Notes: generated from the letters alone by a model not told the origin. Positions 38,968 through 49,635 are shown, numbered from the stretch's first letter. The stretch: DNA of 64,000 nt from Candidatus Poribacteria bacterium (GCA_963665285.1 OY762266.1:685758-749757), one strand, 5' to 3'. Translations and numbers: made by a program.

Positions 38968-40217
38968 GTACACTGTCAGGCAAATAATGCTTTTGTGTTA
39001 TGATAAAATCGTTTGAATTTCTGTCGTGCGTGGTTGAGAGTAAACTGCCAGTTGACCCGCACCTGTTTTCGATTGCGTGCTTCGACCCAAGCGTTGACTT
39101 GTCGTTGTAACTCCGAGACCTGCCCCATCCGCCGAGACAGGCACTGTTTTGAAAGTAAAGACAACTCAATCTCGACCATATTCAACCAAGACGCGCTTTT
39201 TGGGGTATAATACATCTCAAACCTTTGGGTCAATTCAAAGGCTTGCTTGCCGTCAAATGTTTGATAGAATGCCGATGGATTATGGGTATTGAGATTATCC
39301 TGAACTAACCGAATCTTAACCGCGTTTTGGTAATGTTGAGCGACCTTGTTCAAAAAGTGCGCATAATCGACTTTGGTTCGTTGGGTGTGCACCTCCACGA
39401 TACGTTGACCGGTTAGGGGCTCAAAGGCGATGAACAGGCTAGCTACCCCGTTGCGTTTGTAATGATAATCTTCTCGCTTGGGTTTATCCGATTTCATCGG
39501 CATCGGTGCAATTATGTCATCAATTAACTGGCAAGGTCTTTCATCAATACAGACCACCGGATACATCGGGTCATAGGGGAGTTGATATAGATGTAAGACC
39601 GTTTCCATCCGCCACAAGAACTCAGGCGTCAACTCACCGATACACCACTGCTTTTTCAGGTGAGGCTTCAATTGGTTTTTTTTAAGATGACCCCCACTGT
39701 TTCATGGGAGATAGCCTCAACGACATCTAACTCCACTAATTGGTCTGCTAACAACCGCAGCGACCACTGGCTATGTCCTTCTGGTGGGTCGCTGCAAGCT
39801 AAGGCGGTGATTTGGGCGCGTTGGTAGCCATCGAACTTCAGCGGTCTACCACAACGAGATAACTCCTCAAGCGCAGCGGCTAATCCACCGGTGGCAAACT
39901 TTTTTCGTACCCGGCTAACCGTCGATGGACTGACATCGAGTGCTTCATGAATCTGATGGTCATCCATCGCGCCGTGAGGTCGGTTTTGGTCTGCTAATAG
40001 CAGGATACGGGCGCGCGCTAACTTTCGGGCTGAGATCGTTCCCCGTCCGCAGAGGGCTTTCAGCTCCTCCCGTTGAGCGGGGGATAAGGTGACTTGATAT
40101 TTGTAGGTTGGCATCGTAGACTCCATGTGTTGACAGTGAGTTTAATCAGAACCAATAGAGGTCAATACGAGGATACCATACCTACAGGAAAAATTCAAAA
40201 CTTACATGACAGAGTAC
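38968..40217 (-). mobile_element. IS630-family insertion sequence
   Basis: IRs GTACACTGTCAGGCAA and GTACTCTGTCATGTAA (reverse complement), flanked by TA within CTAG on both sides. Confidence 0.88.
38976..40126 (-). CDS. IS630 transposase in two ORFs (39668-40126 HTH, 38976-39671 DDE) joined by a probable -1 frameshift
   Basis: TTAAAAAAAACC (A8) at the junction gives KKNQLKPH; DDE motifs CIDE, VQDNL, WLNMVEIE. Confidence 0.88.
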
Positions 40218-40375
40218 TAGGTTCTGTTGACATTTCATAATAATAGGACAATCAAGGGAAACACAGATGTATGATCCTTCGTAGGGGTTGGGTTCCCCAA
40301 CCCGTTTTTCAACGGGCGAGGAGACCTCGCCCCTACGTTTACGGGCAATTTCACATAAATGTCAACACGTCCTAG
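40217..40375. repeat. CTAG-flanked MITE (family C) carrying a GTAG-REP doublet
   Basis: CTAG-GTTCTGTTGACATTT...AAATGTCAACACGTC-CTAG; an inverted relative lies at 45664-45957. Confidence 0.75.
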
Positions 40376-41212
40376 CAACTTAGGTTAAAGTTAGTGCAAT
40401 TTTTGGGGTTGTTGAGCAATAATCTGGATTCATTGATACACTTTTGACATCAATATGGGTTTATTGATGCATCTTTCGCCCCGCTAGTGCTAAAGGTCTA
40501 CCATGCGGTTTTGAATCCTGTGAATCCTTTAATCCTGCCTGTCCCGATCTATCGGGGAGTCTGCCGATTCAGACACCCCCCACATTGCACTCCGCTGGAG
40601 CGCTGTTCTTGGACCAATCGCCCTTCTATAGACATACCGCTCCGCTGGAGCGATAAGCAATCTGGTTCTCCGGGTGATGTTCTGACGTATCACGCATTAG
40701 GAGTCACGGTTTATACACGTGCCGCCCCTCTGGGGCTAAATGCAGCAAGATCGTCGATTATGGAAAATCGACCTACAAGTTGTGGGAGAGCATCTTGCCC
40801 CGATGCTCTAATCCGCGGTTCGGTCAATACGCACATGTCGCCCCGCTGGGGCTAAAGACGGTTTGTTCTTGATCTTTCTATAAACATTCCGCCCCGCTGG
40901 GGCTGCGCTTGCTTGTGGCTGAACTTCTTTTTCTGCGAGTTAGGTTCCCGTAAGAAACTGAATGAAAAATCAGAAAACAGTTGAAGACAGAACATGAAAC
41001 AGATAGAAATTGTACAAGGTATAGTAAATTTATATTCAGTTAATTTCTATGACGGAAAGTATAGTGAAACGTCTAAACATAAATAACGAAAATCTGGTTC
41101 ATGGTAGATTATAGAATTACTTAGACACTGCCGATGCACATGTACAGATTAGGCAATCTGTACCCACAAACAACCCCCTAAATCCCTAACCCCCCTAGCC
41201 CCCCTTATCAGG

Positions 41213-42795
41213 CTTACTATTACCCATAAGTCTGTGTGTGTTTTTTTCATCAGTGTTAATTGGTTGGGTCAGGTGCTGTGTAACAGGGTAAATGCGTCGG
41301 AAATATCACTCAACCGTTGCCACCCTCGCCAGATGACAGTCACGCCCGGTTCTGGATCTGACTTGCGGGCTAAAAAACCACCGAGTTTAGCAATCCAAAC
41401 GACCACTTGAGCAACTGTTGGTAATTTCTTTGGCAAAGCGGTTGTCTTATGAGTTATACAATAAAGTGCTTTCCATTCATCATCCGTCAACACAGAGGTG
41501 CATTCAGCGTCGGGTGCATGGCGATTGTACATTGTCAACCAATAAAGCCGCCATGCAATGACACTCATTAGGGCGATATATCGTAGGAGCCGGTCTTTGG
41601 TTTCCAGACGACAGTGTTCGACTTTGACACCGGATTTGAGGACTTTGAAATAGACTTCAATTTGCCACCTCAGACTGTACCAGCGTATCCGTTGTATGGC
41701 ATCAGTAAAATCATTGACGTTGACATTAGTAATTAACAACCATTCCAGCGGGGTTGCCTTCAGCGGTGGATTGACTTCCGTCACCCAGACGACACTCACG
41801 CCAACCGGGGGTAGGTCTTGTGGGGGTAACGCCGGTTGGCGATAGGGGGGAAGTAGTGTCGTTGTTGTAAAATGAATGCTGACTGTGGCTTGTCGGGCGG
41901 GTTGATTCCCCCGAGCGGGCACTTTGACAAGTTGTTCACCGGCAGCGGGTTGACTTTGCACCACAGCCCGGAGTTGCCCCGCTTCATCATCAACATTTCG
42001 ATTGTGAGCCGCTCGGATAACGAAAGGCGTGTCTTTGGCTTGGACATAAAACTCATAAATATCGGCTTCACGGTCACAGATGGAAATCACTTCCACCCCA
42101 TCTGGGGTGTGACTTTGGGTTTGAGTTAACGCCTCAATCCATTTGTAACTCTCTTTTTCCGTCAGCGGCGCGTGGGCTTTGCGACGGTTTCGCTGGGGAG
42201 CGTCCCGAACCCAAACGGCATCGGTCAGACAGCCCAACGGTAATCCCGATTCGGTTACCACTAAAGTGGTGTGTTTGACAAACCCATAGATCTGCTGAGA
42301 CGCGGTGCCAATTGGTCCTAACCCTTCAGTCAATGGGTGATGTGTGTAATCGAGATAGGTTGTATCCTGTATGGCAAACACACGCTCATGGTCACTTAGC
42401 CGTTCAACTGTTCGTTGAAAGTGAGGAGATAGGATTTTCTCCGCTGTCACCTGCTCATTATCAAATAAACGATACGCCGCTTTGGTCGATGACCAATCCT
42501 CACAAGCAGCATTAATAGCCGATTGCGGAGAGGCTGATAATGCCGAAGCGACAGTAATCAACCGCTGAGTGAGACGTTTATCGCCTAAATCAAGTGTCTC
42601 AAACTCCTGCTGACTCCAACAGGGAGTTAACTTATTATTGGCAGTAGGCATCAGGGACTCCTATAGAGTTGGGGGGGAATCTGTATAGTCGTTTACCAAT
42701 GCCATTAAATGTATCATATTGACTTTTGCCTATCAAGCAAATACCAATGCCCACTTTGGATAGTTTTCCCCCTTCTACTTGTGGGTAATAGTAAG
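41213..42795 (-). mobile_element. IS4-family (IS50/Tn5-like) insertion sequence
   Basis: IRs CTTACTATTACCCATAAG and CTTGTGGGTAATAGTAAG; splits a family-A repeat (41101-41212 and 42796-42856). Confidence 0.88.
41269..42651 (-). CDS. IS4-family transposase
   Basis: LGDKRL..RL, KAAYRLF.N, IQDTT, CDREAD, YSLRWQIEVYFKVLKSG, LGGFL.RK.D.EPG...IWRG. Confidence 0.93.
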   Translation of the reverse strand: MPTANNKLTPCWSQQEFETLDLGDKRLTQRLITVASALSASPQSAINAACEDWSSTKAAYRLFDNEQVTAEKILSPHFQRTVERLSDHERVFAIQDTTYLDYTHHPLTEGLGPIGTASQQIYGFVKHTTLVVTESGLPLGCLTDAVWVRDAPQRNRRKAHAPLTEKESYKWIEALTQTQSHTPDGVEVISICDREADIYEFYVQAKDTPFVIRAAHNRNVDDEAGQLRAVVQSQPAAGEQLVKVPARGNQPARQATVSIHFTTTTLLPPYRQPALPPQDLPPVGVSVVWVTEVNPPLKATPLEWLLITNVNVNDFTDAIQRIRWYSLRWQIEVYFKVLKSGVKVEHCRLETKDRLLRYIALMSVIAWRLYWLTMYNRHAPDAECTSVLTDDEWKALYCITHKTTALPKKLPTVAQVVVWIAKLGGFLARKSDPEPGVTVIWRGWQRLSDISDAFTLLHST

Positions 42796-43113
42796 TCTAT
42801 AAGGGGGGAAGAGGGGGACTTTGGGAAATGTCCACTTATTTTTCTAATTCACCATAATTCCTTGTCCGGCGCAAGATTTTTTCCCTTGGAGTGAAACTTC
42901 TACGTTCATCTCCTATTTTGATCCAAGTTGCTAGTTTGACAGTCGAGTATGGAAACTCGACCTACAGTTTGTATAGCAACTCGCGTTATTTTAGCAGTAT
43001 GTCGCAGGCGGAAGGATTACAGGGCGTATTTCCTATAAAGAGATTGACGGACAGGCTCGGATTTGCTACAATTTGAGAAGGAAAATCCAATCACGAATCA
43101 GAAGAGGAAGGCA

Positions 43114-44091
43114 ATGCAAGAAGTCAAAATCGGTTTTATCGGCTGTGGCGGCAACGCCAATGGACATATGGGACGGTTGTCCGAGCTGGAGGGCGTCCGT
43201 ATCGTTGGAACGTGCGATGTTCAAGAAGAACGCGCGCAAAACGCTGCCGAGAGTTACAATGCCCAACCTTACACCAATCACAACCTCATGCTTGAACGCG
43301 ATGACCTTGATGGTATCTACCTGAGCCTTCCTGTGTTTGCACACGGAACGCCGGAGTTGGACGTAATCGAGCGGGGGTTGCCGTTTCTCGTTGAAAAGCC
43401 GGTGGCGGTCAACATGGAGATTGCACGACAGGTTGAGGAAGCGGTGAATTCCGCCGGTATTATCACCTGCGTCGGCTATCAACTGCGCTATCTGGGCTCA
43501 ACACAACTGGCACGTCAGACCCTCAGTGAGAAAACGATCAATATAGCCATCGGCAAATATTGGTCTGGCAGCGGACGCGGTGATCCGAACTCCTGGCAGC
43601 GTCAGATGAGCAGATCCGGTGGGCAGATATTAGAACAAGCCACCCACACCATCGACATGATGCGTTATCTCGTCGGTGAGGTGGAGGAGGTCTACGCAAT
43701 CAGCGCAAATCGCGTCCTGAAAGCGATTGACTGCCCCGACAATAACTGCGTAACGATGAAGTTCACCAACGGTGCGGTTGGATCATTGACCACTTCTTGG
43801 TCTTACGATTCGGCCGATTGGTCACATGCAAACGTGCTAGATATTCTGTATGAGAATCAACTCATCCACTGGGGGGTCGGCGGATTGGGTGTGAGAGAAG
43901 ATGGGGAGGTTGTCACAAAGACCGCCCCGGGACCGAGTATTGACGAGGTATTTGTCGATGCCATCCGCAGTGCGGATGCGTCCAAGATTCTCAGTCCCTA
44001 CAGCGATGCCGTTAAGAGTTTGGCGATTTCACTGGCGGCGATTCAGTCAAGTGAAACGGGAGAGCCGGTATCGGTGTCTGCTATAGGCTGA
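43114..44091 (+). CDS. Gfo/Idh/MocA family oxidoreductase
   Basis: IGFIGCG, VEKP, EQATHTID; ATG 43114 after GAGG. Confidence 0.9.
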   Translation: MQEVKIGFIGCGGNANGHMGRLSELEGVRIVGTCDVQEERAQNAAESYNAQPYTNHNLMLERDDLDGIYLSLPVFAHGTPELDVIERGLPFLVEKPVAVNMEIARQVEEAVNSAGIITCVGYQLRYLGSTQLARQTLSEKTINIAIGKYWSGSGRGDPNSWQRQMSRSGGQILEQATHTIDMMRYLVGEVEEVYAISANRVLKAIDCPDNNCVTMKFTNGAVGSLTTSWSYDSADWSHANVLDILYENQLIHWGVGGLGVREDGEVVTKTAPGPSIDEVFVDAIRSADASKILSPYSDAVKSLAISLAAIQSSETGEPVSVSAIG

Positions 44092-44186
44092 TATATCTCG
44101 GGACTGACGCAAATTTGGCAGACGGGGGTAGATTTTTTATTTTTATAGTGGATCCCAGAATTAATGAGATACTCCCAATGCACAAC

Positions 44187-44548
44187 CAACCCCCTAAATC
44201 CCCCTTATCAGGGGGACTTTGGAAACTTTGTGAAGTCTGGACGACGTATCGGGATTCGGAGATCCCTCCTACAGAAGAACCGTGGTAGATTATAAAATTA
44301 CTTATACACTGCTGATGCACATGTACAGATTGGGAAATCTATATCCACAAACAATCCCCTAAATCCCCCTTATCAGGGGACTTTGGAAACTTTGTGAAGC
44401 CTGGACGACGTATCGGGATTCGGAGATCCCTCCTACAGAAGAACCGTGGTAGATTATAAAATTACTTATACACTGCTGATGCACATGTACAGATTGGGAA
44501 ATCTATACCCACAAACAACCCCCTAAATCCCCCTTATCAGGGGGACTT
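44187..44548. repeat. Tandem duplication, ~165-bp unit, ~2.2 copies
   Basis: Unit starts at 44187, 44352 and 44516, near-identical; built from family A plus a REP. Confidence 0.85.
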
Positions 44549-44661
44549 ATGAACGCCCCACGTAAGTCCTATATCTAAGGATACGGAAGCAAAAAAGTGA
44601 AAATGCAGGGTCAGGTCTTGTGCCTGTCCTTTCCCCTAAGCAGGAGGAAGAAGGAGAAACC

Positions 44662-45654
44662 ATGAGCGAAAAGTATAAAGTTGCTATCGTCGGTTGCGGT
44701 GGGATTTCTAGGGCGCACGGAAGTGCCTCGCAAAACCTCCCACAGATCGATTTCGTCGGTGCCTGTGATGTCAAATTCGAGGCGGTCAAGAATTTTGCAG
44801 AGCAGTTCAACGTTAAAAACACTTACAACGATTTGAGACGGATGCTTGAGCAGCAGCAGCCCGACGTATTAATAGTCGCAACTTGGCCCACACTCCATCT
44901 GAAACATATCTTGGAAGGGGTCCGTAGTGGCGTGAAGGCAATCCTCTGCGAGAAACCGATTGCTATCAACGCAACCCAGCTTGAGCAGATGATTCAGGTC
45001 ACCTCATCAGCGGATGTGTTGTTGATGGAGGGGTTTATGTACCGCCACCACCCCCTGACGCTCTCCGTCAAGCAGCATATCCTCGACGGCGCGATCGGCG
45101 ATGTCCGTTTTGCGGGATCTTCCTTCTCTACTGGATTGACAGATCGAGCAAACTGGCGGCTGCGCGGCGATCAGGGTGGCGGTGCCGTGATGGATTTGGG
45201 CTGTTATTGCATCAATGTCATCCGTTATATGATTGGTGCGGAACCGCAAGCCGTCTGGGCGACCGGCAAGTTTGAACCGATTAGCGATGTGTGGGATACA
45301 CTGATTGGGACGCTCGATTTCGGCGATGGCGTTACCGGGCAATTTGATTGCAGTTTCGGTTGGACATGGCGTGAGTGCTATGAGGTAGCTGGTACGGAAG
45401 GGACAATTGTCGCGCCAAAAGCGTGGGGTAACAGCGAGGGTGAGTGTAGTTTCACGCTGATACGCGAGGGCAAGACCGAGACAGTGACGGTTGAAGGAGT
45501 CAATCCGTATGCCGCAGAACTCTTGAGCCTGTGTGAAGCCATTTCCACCGGGAAACCGCAGCTCCTGCCAATAGCGGATGCAGTGGGGAACATGCGGGTG
45601 ATTGATGGACTGCATGAGTCCGCGCACACAGGACGGCGTATCGAAATAAAATAG
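44662..45654 (+). CDS. Gfo/Idh/MocA family oxidoreductase
   Basis: VAIVGCG, LCEKP, EGFMYRHHP, GGGAVMDLGCY; AAGGAG before ATG 44662. Confidence 0.9.
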   Translation: MSEKYKVAIVGCGGISRAHGSASQNLPQIDFVGACDVKFEAVKNFAEQFNVKNTYNDLRRMLEQQQPDVLIVATWPTLHLKHILEGVRSGVKAILCEKPIAINATQLEQMIQVTSSADVLLMEGFMYRHHPLTLSVKQHILDGAIGDVRFAGSSFSTGLTDRANWRLRGDQGGGAVMDLGCYCINVIRYMIGAEPQAVWATGKFEPISDVWDTLIGTLDFGDGVTGQFDCSFGWTWRECYEVAGTEGTIVAPKAWGNSEGECSFTLIREGKTETVTVEGVNPYAAELLSLCEAISTGKPQLLPIADAVGNMRVIDGLHESAHTGRRIEIK

Positions 45655-46270
45655 CGCAAATTGCTAGGGCGTGTTGACATTTGTCAAGCTATCTGCAATC
45701 GGATGGGCGAAGTTCCCTCGCCCATTGACCAATGGGGGTGGGAAACCTCAAACCATACAGGTTGAAACGATTGTAGATTGTAGGTCGAGATTCATATCTC
45801 GACACTGAAACGTCGATTTTGGAAAATTGACCTACAGAGATCCGATGTAGTTTTTGCCGTGTGACCAAAGGGTTGGGAGACCCAACCCCTACGAAGGATC
45901 ATGCGTCTGTGCACCCTGTTGATTGTTTGGTTGTAATGAAATGTCAACAGAACCTAGCGATTGTGGGTGGCTGACAATCACTAATGTGCCGCACATGTCG
46001 CCCCGCTGGGGCTTAGGTGTTTGGAGCGTACGCTATTTCTATAAACATGCCGCCCCGCTGGGGCTTGAGATAATGAAATGTCAACAGAACCTAGTTATGT
46101 GCAGCGCGTAAAAGTAAGCGTCGAGTATGGAAACTCGACCTACAGTTAATAGCAAGTGTCGAGTATGGAAACTCGACCTACAGATTAAGTGTAGCGAAAA
46201 AATTGACCGCAATTCCCGTAGGTCGGGCATCTTGCCCGAATTACAAAGCCCCAGTGGAGCGATAGGTGTA
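45651..46270. repeat. Nested MITE/REP cluster (family C inserted in family B)
   Basis: CTAG at 45664, 45954 and 46091 delimit the inserts; flanks match the uninterrupted copy at 53780-53870. Confidence 0.75.
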
Positions 46271-46317
46271 TGGAAAACGTAACGTATAATGAAAAAGAAA
46301 ACAGCGAGGTGTAAGTT

Positions 46318-47649
46318 ATGATTACCGAACTCAGCGCGCAGAATTTCAAATCGTGGGAAAACACGGGTCAGCTGCAGATTGCGCCATTGACTGCGTTCTT
46401 CGGCGCGAATAGCTCCGGCAAAACCAGCATTTTTCAAACGCTACTCATGCTCAAGCAGACCGCGGAGCGTCCCCCAGATTGGAATGGGGTGATTGACTTC
46501 GGCGATGAGGGATCGGTGGTCAACTTATCCGGCTTCAGTGAGGTCATCCATCGACACAGATCGGGTTTAAGCCTCGACATCTCTGTAGCGTGGCAGCTGC
46601 CTGAAAAGCTGATTATTGGAGGAGGGGATATCCCCGCTCAGTCGCTGCCTCGGTCCCCGCGGAGTTCAAATCGCCTCGAAATTGGCGCGCTCTCTTTCTC
46701 AACCACTATCATCAGCGCAGGTGAAGATTCGGTTGCTGTCGATGGTTTCGGGTATATGTCCGATGGGTACGAATTTTTTGGAGTGGTGCGGGACTCTGAC
46801 AGCCAATATAAACTGATATGCCCTCCTAACTTTAAACTTCAAGGGGCATTCTCGTCTCTTCCATTTCGATGCTACGGGATTCGCGATGGATCGGCGAAAG
46901 TGCCGGACACCCCTTTCTTGTCGTTTGAGCGGGCTTTCAAAAACCTATTCTCCCGAATCCACCACCTCAGCCCGCTCCGCGAACCGCCGCGACACCACTA
47001 CGCCTATGGCGGTGAACATCCGAAAGGTGTCGGGCAGTACGGGGAACAGGCAATTGCCGCTCTGCTCTCCGGACGGATTCAACTCCTCAAAATTGATGAG
47101 CAGATACTGAAATGGTTGCAGCGACTTGAACTGATCGATTCCTACCGTCTCCAAGCTGATCCTGATGGAGAGAAGGATTACGAATTTCGACTCAAACAGT
47201 ACAAGGACGGTCCCGAAGTCCGGCTCACTGACATCGGTCTGGGTGTCTTCCAGATCCTTCCGACGCTCGCGCTCTGCTATTACCTCCCTGAAGGTTCGAT
47301 CCTCATCCTTGAACAACCGGAGGCACATCTGCATCCGAAAGCGCAGGCGGATCTGACTGATATCTTAATTGACGTGGTGAAAAATCGGAATATCCAGATT
47401 ATCCTTGAGACCCACAGCGAACATCTACTTCGACGCCTGCAGCGGCGCATCGCTGAGGAGGAAATTTCTGCGTCTGATACGGCACTCTATTTCTGCCAAT
47501 CTAACGACAGCACATCTGACATTGAACGGCTCGATATGGACGAGTATGGGAATATCAACAATTGGCCCCAAGATTTCTTTGGTGATGAGATGAGCGATTG
47601 GGGAGCAAAGAGCAAAGCTGAAATGAAGCAGCGGGGAGCAAACGAATAA
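46318..47649 (+). CDS. AAA/ABC-type ATPase with C-terminal DUF3696
   Basis: NFKSW, GANSSGKT, LILEQPEAHLHP, ETHSEH, DEYGNINNWPQDFF. Confidence 0.85.
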   Translation: MITELSAQNFKSWENTGQLQIAPLTAFFGANSSGKTSIFQTLLMLKQTAERPPDWNGVIDFGDEGSVVNLSGFSEVIHRHRSGLSLDISVAWQLPEKLIIGGGDIPAQSLPRSPRSSNRLEIGALSFSTTIISAGEDSVAVDGFGYMSDGYEFFGVVRDSDSQYKLICPPNFKLQGAFSSLPFRCYGIRDGSAKVPDTPFLSFERAFKNLFSRIHHLSPLREPPRHHYAYGGEHPKGVGQYGEQAIAALLSGRIQLLKIDEQILKWLQRLELIDSYRLQADPDGEKDYEFRLKQYKDGPEVRLTDIGLGVFQILPTLALCYYLPEGSILILEQPEAHLHPKAQADLTDILIDVVKNRNIQIILETHSEHLLRRLQRRIAEEEISASDTALYFCQSNDSTSDIERLDMDEYGNINNWPQDFFGDEMSDWGAKSKAEMKQRGANE

Positions 47650-47724
47650 TGACGCTGCAGGAATACCGGTATCTTATTCTTATCACCGACCAATATGCTT
47701 AATTTTAAGATTTGAGATAATCTT

Positions 47725-48909
47725 ATGGCAGAATACATTCAAGGGATTAATCCCCACATAGTCAGATGGGCAAGAGAACGTTCAGGGCGCACTCTAGAAG
47801 AAATCGCCAAGTACTTCAAGAAGGATGTGGACACCATTGCTGCTTGGGAATCGGGAGCAGAAGCACCAACTTATCTTCAACTTGAAAAATTGGCTGACAG
47901 ATACAAACGTCCCGTTGCCATGTTCTTCTTCCCGGAACCTCCCCAAGAACCCGATTTTGTGGGACAGCTTGCCCTCCGAAGCTCCGAAATGGAGAAACTG
48001 CCTCCAAGTATCCGTATTTTGTTGCGTCAGGCACGCGTGAGACAGCTCTCATTGATGGAACTAAATATGGGAACAAATCCTGCGGAAACGAAGATCTTCC
48101 ATGATCTTCACTCCCAACTTGATGCCTCACCGACAGAGTTGGCACAACAAGCCCGAGCGTACTTGGACATTAGCGTCGAGACGCAAGCGAGTTGGCACAG
48201 TGCAAGAGAAGCACTCGAAAATTGGCGAGAACAGGTTGAGGAAAAAGGTATCTTCGTTTTTAAGGATGCATTCCGAGACGACCCCGTGGATGGCTTTTGT
48301 CTTGTCCACGAGCAGTTTCCAATTATCTACCTCAACAATAGTAGATCGGCTGTCAGACAGATTTTCTCACTCTTTCATGAGTTAGCTCACCTCTTACTCG
48401 GTGAGAATGGTATAACACGAGGCATCAACCCTGTAGGTGAACGAATTGAGGTCTTTTGCAATCAATTTGCTGCTGAATTTCTGGTCCCACCTAGTGATTT
48501 GGAATCCCATCTCGATTTCCCGCTTTATGATAATGGCGAGATAGATAATACAATAGGGGAATTGGCAAATTACTATAAGGTGAGTCGTCCGGTCATTTTG
48601 CTGAAATTGGTTAATCGGGGTGTCTTAACATTTGAGGATTATTGGCAGAAGACAGAACAATGGACTGAGGAGTATGAATCCCGCCTAGAAGGAAGGGTCG
48701 GAGGTGAATCATCAGGCGGTGGAAACTATTATAACACCCACGCAGTGTATCTAGGCTACAGATTTATAGAACTTGCATTCAGCAGATATCATCAGGGACA
48801 ATGTTCAGTTGAAGAACTTGCAGATCATTTGAGTATCAAGGTCAAGAATTTGCCTAGGCTGGAAGATTGCCTATTGAGGAATATAGTCGCTAATGACTTA
48901 CGTGTTTGA
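47725..48909 (+). CDS. XRE-family HTH plus ImmA/IrrE metallopeptidase
   Basis: WARERSG..LEE...WESG HTH; RQIFSLFHELAH (HExxH); E.FCNQFAAEFL.P. Confidence 0.9.
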   Translation: MAEYIQGINPHIVRWARERSGRTLEEIAKYFKKDVDTIAAWESGAEAPTYLQLEKLADRYKRPVAMFFFPEPPQEPDFVGQLALRSSEMEKLPPSIRILLRQARVRQLSLMELNMGTNPAETKIFHDLHSQLDASPTELAQQARAYLDISVETQASWHSAREALENWREQVEEKGIFVFKDAFRDDPVDGFCLVHEQFPIIYLNNSRSAVRQIFSLFHELAHLLLGENGITRGINPVGERIEVFCNQFAAEFLVPPSDLESHLDFPLYDNGEIDNTIGELANYYKVSRPVILLKLVNRGVLTFEDYWQKTEQWTEEYESRLEGRVGGESSGGGNYYNTHAVYLGYRFIELAFSRYHQGQCSVEELADHLSIKVKNLPRLEDCLLRNIVANDLRV

Positions 48910-49365
48910 CACCAACAGAGTTTTAGGGTGGTTGGTAACTACTACCCTGAACAATTTCCAACTTTTTGGGAAACATTTAACCGAGCAGTAGCCATTGGAA
49001 AGATAGTTTCTGTAAGAGAGGTTCGCAGAGAACTAGAGCTCCAAGTCCATCATACCCACTTATTTGATTGGGTAGAAGGTCAAAAAGGTGTTTTTTTGCC
49101 TCCTAGCCCAGCGGAAACGCGGTTCGTCAGTGAGATCTTCTCCGTTCCGCATTTCCTAACGCTAGTGAATCAGAAAAGTCTCTTAGAGGGACGTCCCTGT
49201 GCAGACCCGTTTATTATCGCAAAAGCAGGGGTTGTAAATGGTTGTGTGGTCACAGAAGAAAACCTAACGCCAAACGCTGCAAAAATCCCAAACGTTTGTG
49301 AACATTTTGAGATTGACTGCACAAACCTCCAAGGATTCATGGAGAGAGAAGGTTGGACATTCTAG
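48893..49365 (+). pseudogene. DUF4411 (PIN-like) protein, frameshifted by a 2-nt AG duplication near 48917
   Basis: ATG 48893 MTYVFDTN is out of frame with SFRVVGNYYP...ADPFIIA...VVTEE...KIPNVC; removing AG joins them. Confidence 0.72.
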
Positions 49366-49392
49366 CTTTCTCATGGAGGGCATATCATCAAG

Positions 49393-49605
49393 ATGGTGGG
49401 AGTGGACAGCTACAATCTCGTAAAGAACACGGCAAACTGTATAAGTGATGACAAAATTGGCACAGATCGTTTTGAGAAGTTCAGCGGGCCCGAATCGTTG
49501 CCATTCCCTGCAAGAAAACATCAGAGTACCGTGGTCACGGTAATTGACCTACGGGGGAATGAGGCAATGCGGGCGCACGATTTATGGGAAACATGGTATG
49601 CTTGA
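49393..49605 (+). pseudogene. Relic of a site-specific DNA methyltransferase C-terminus
   Basis: GVDSYN...FSGPESLPF...VTVIDLRGNE resembles C-terminal motifs of type III-like Mod methylases (recalled, not searched). Confidence 0.45.
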
Positions 49606-49635
49606 ACATCTCCTTAGACTGAATAAAATTACAGC

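Noticed and set aside
40487-40855. 122-aa ORF between the IS elements
   Set aside because: Made of repeat motifs (CGCCCCGCTGGGGCT, REPs); likely non-coding.
44187-44548. Possible CRISPR array (recurring palindromic motif)
   Set aside because: Intervening sequences are near-identical and ~130 bp, and no cas genes are present; it is a tandem duplication.
46120-46183. Two 26-bp direct repeats as a mini-CRISPR
   Set aside because: Only a 12-nt spacer, and the unit is a dispersed REP also seen at 42942 and 53828.
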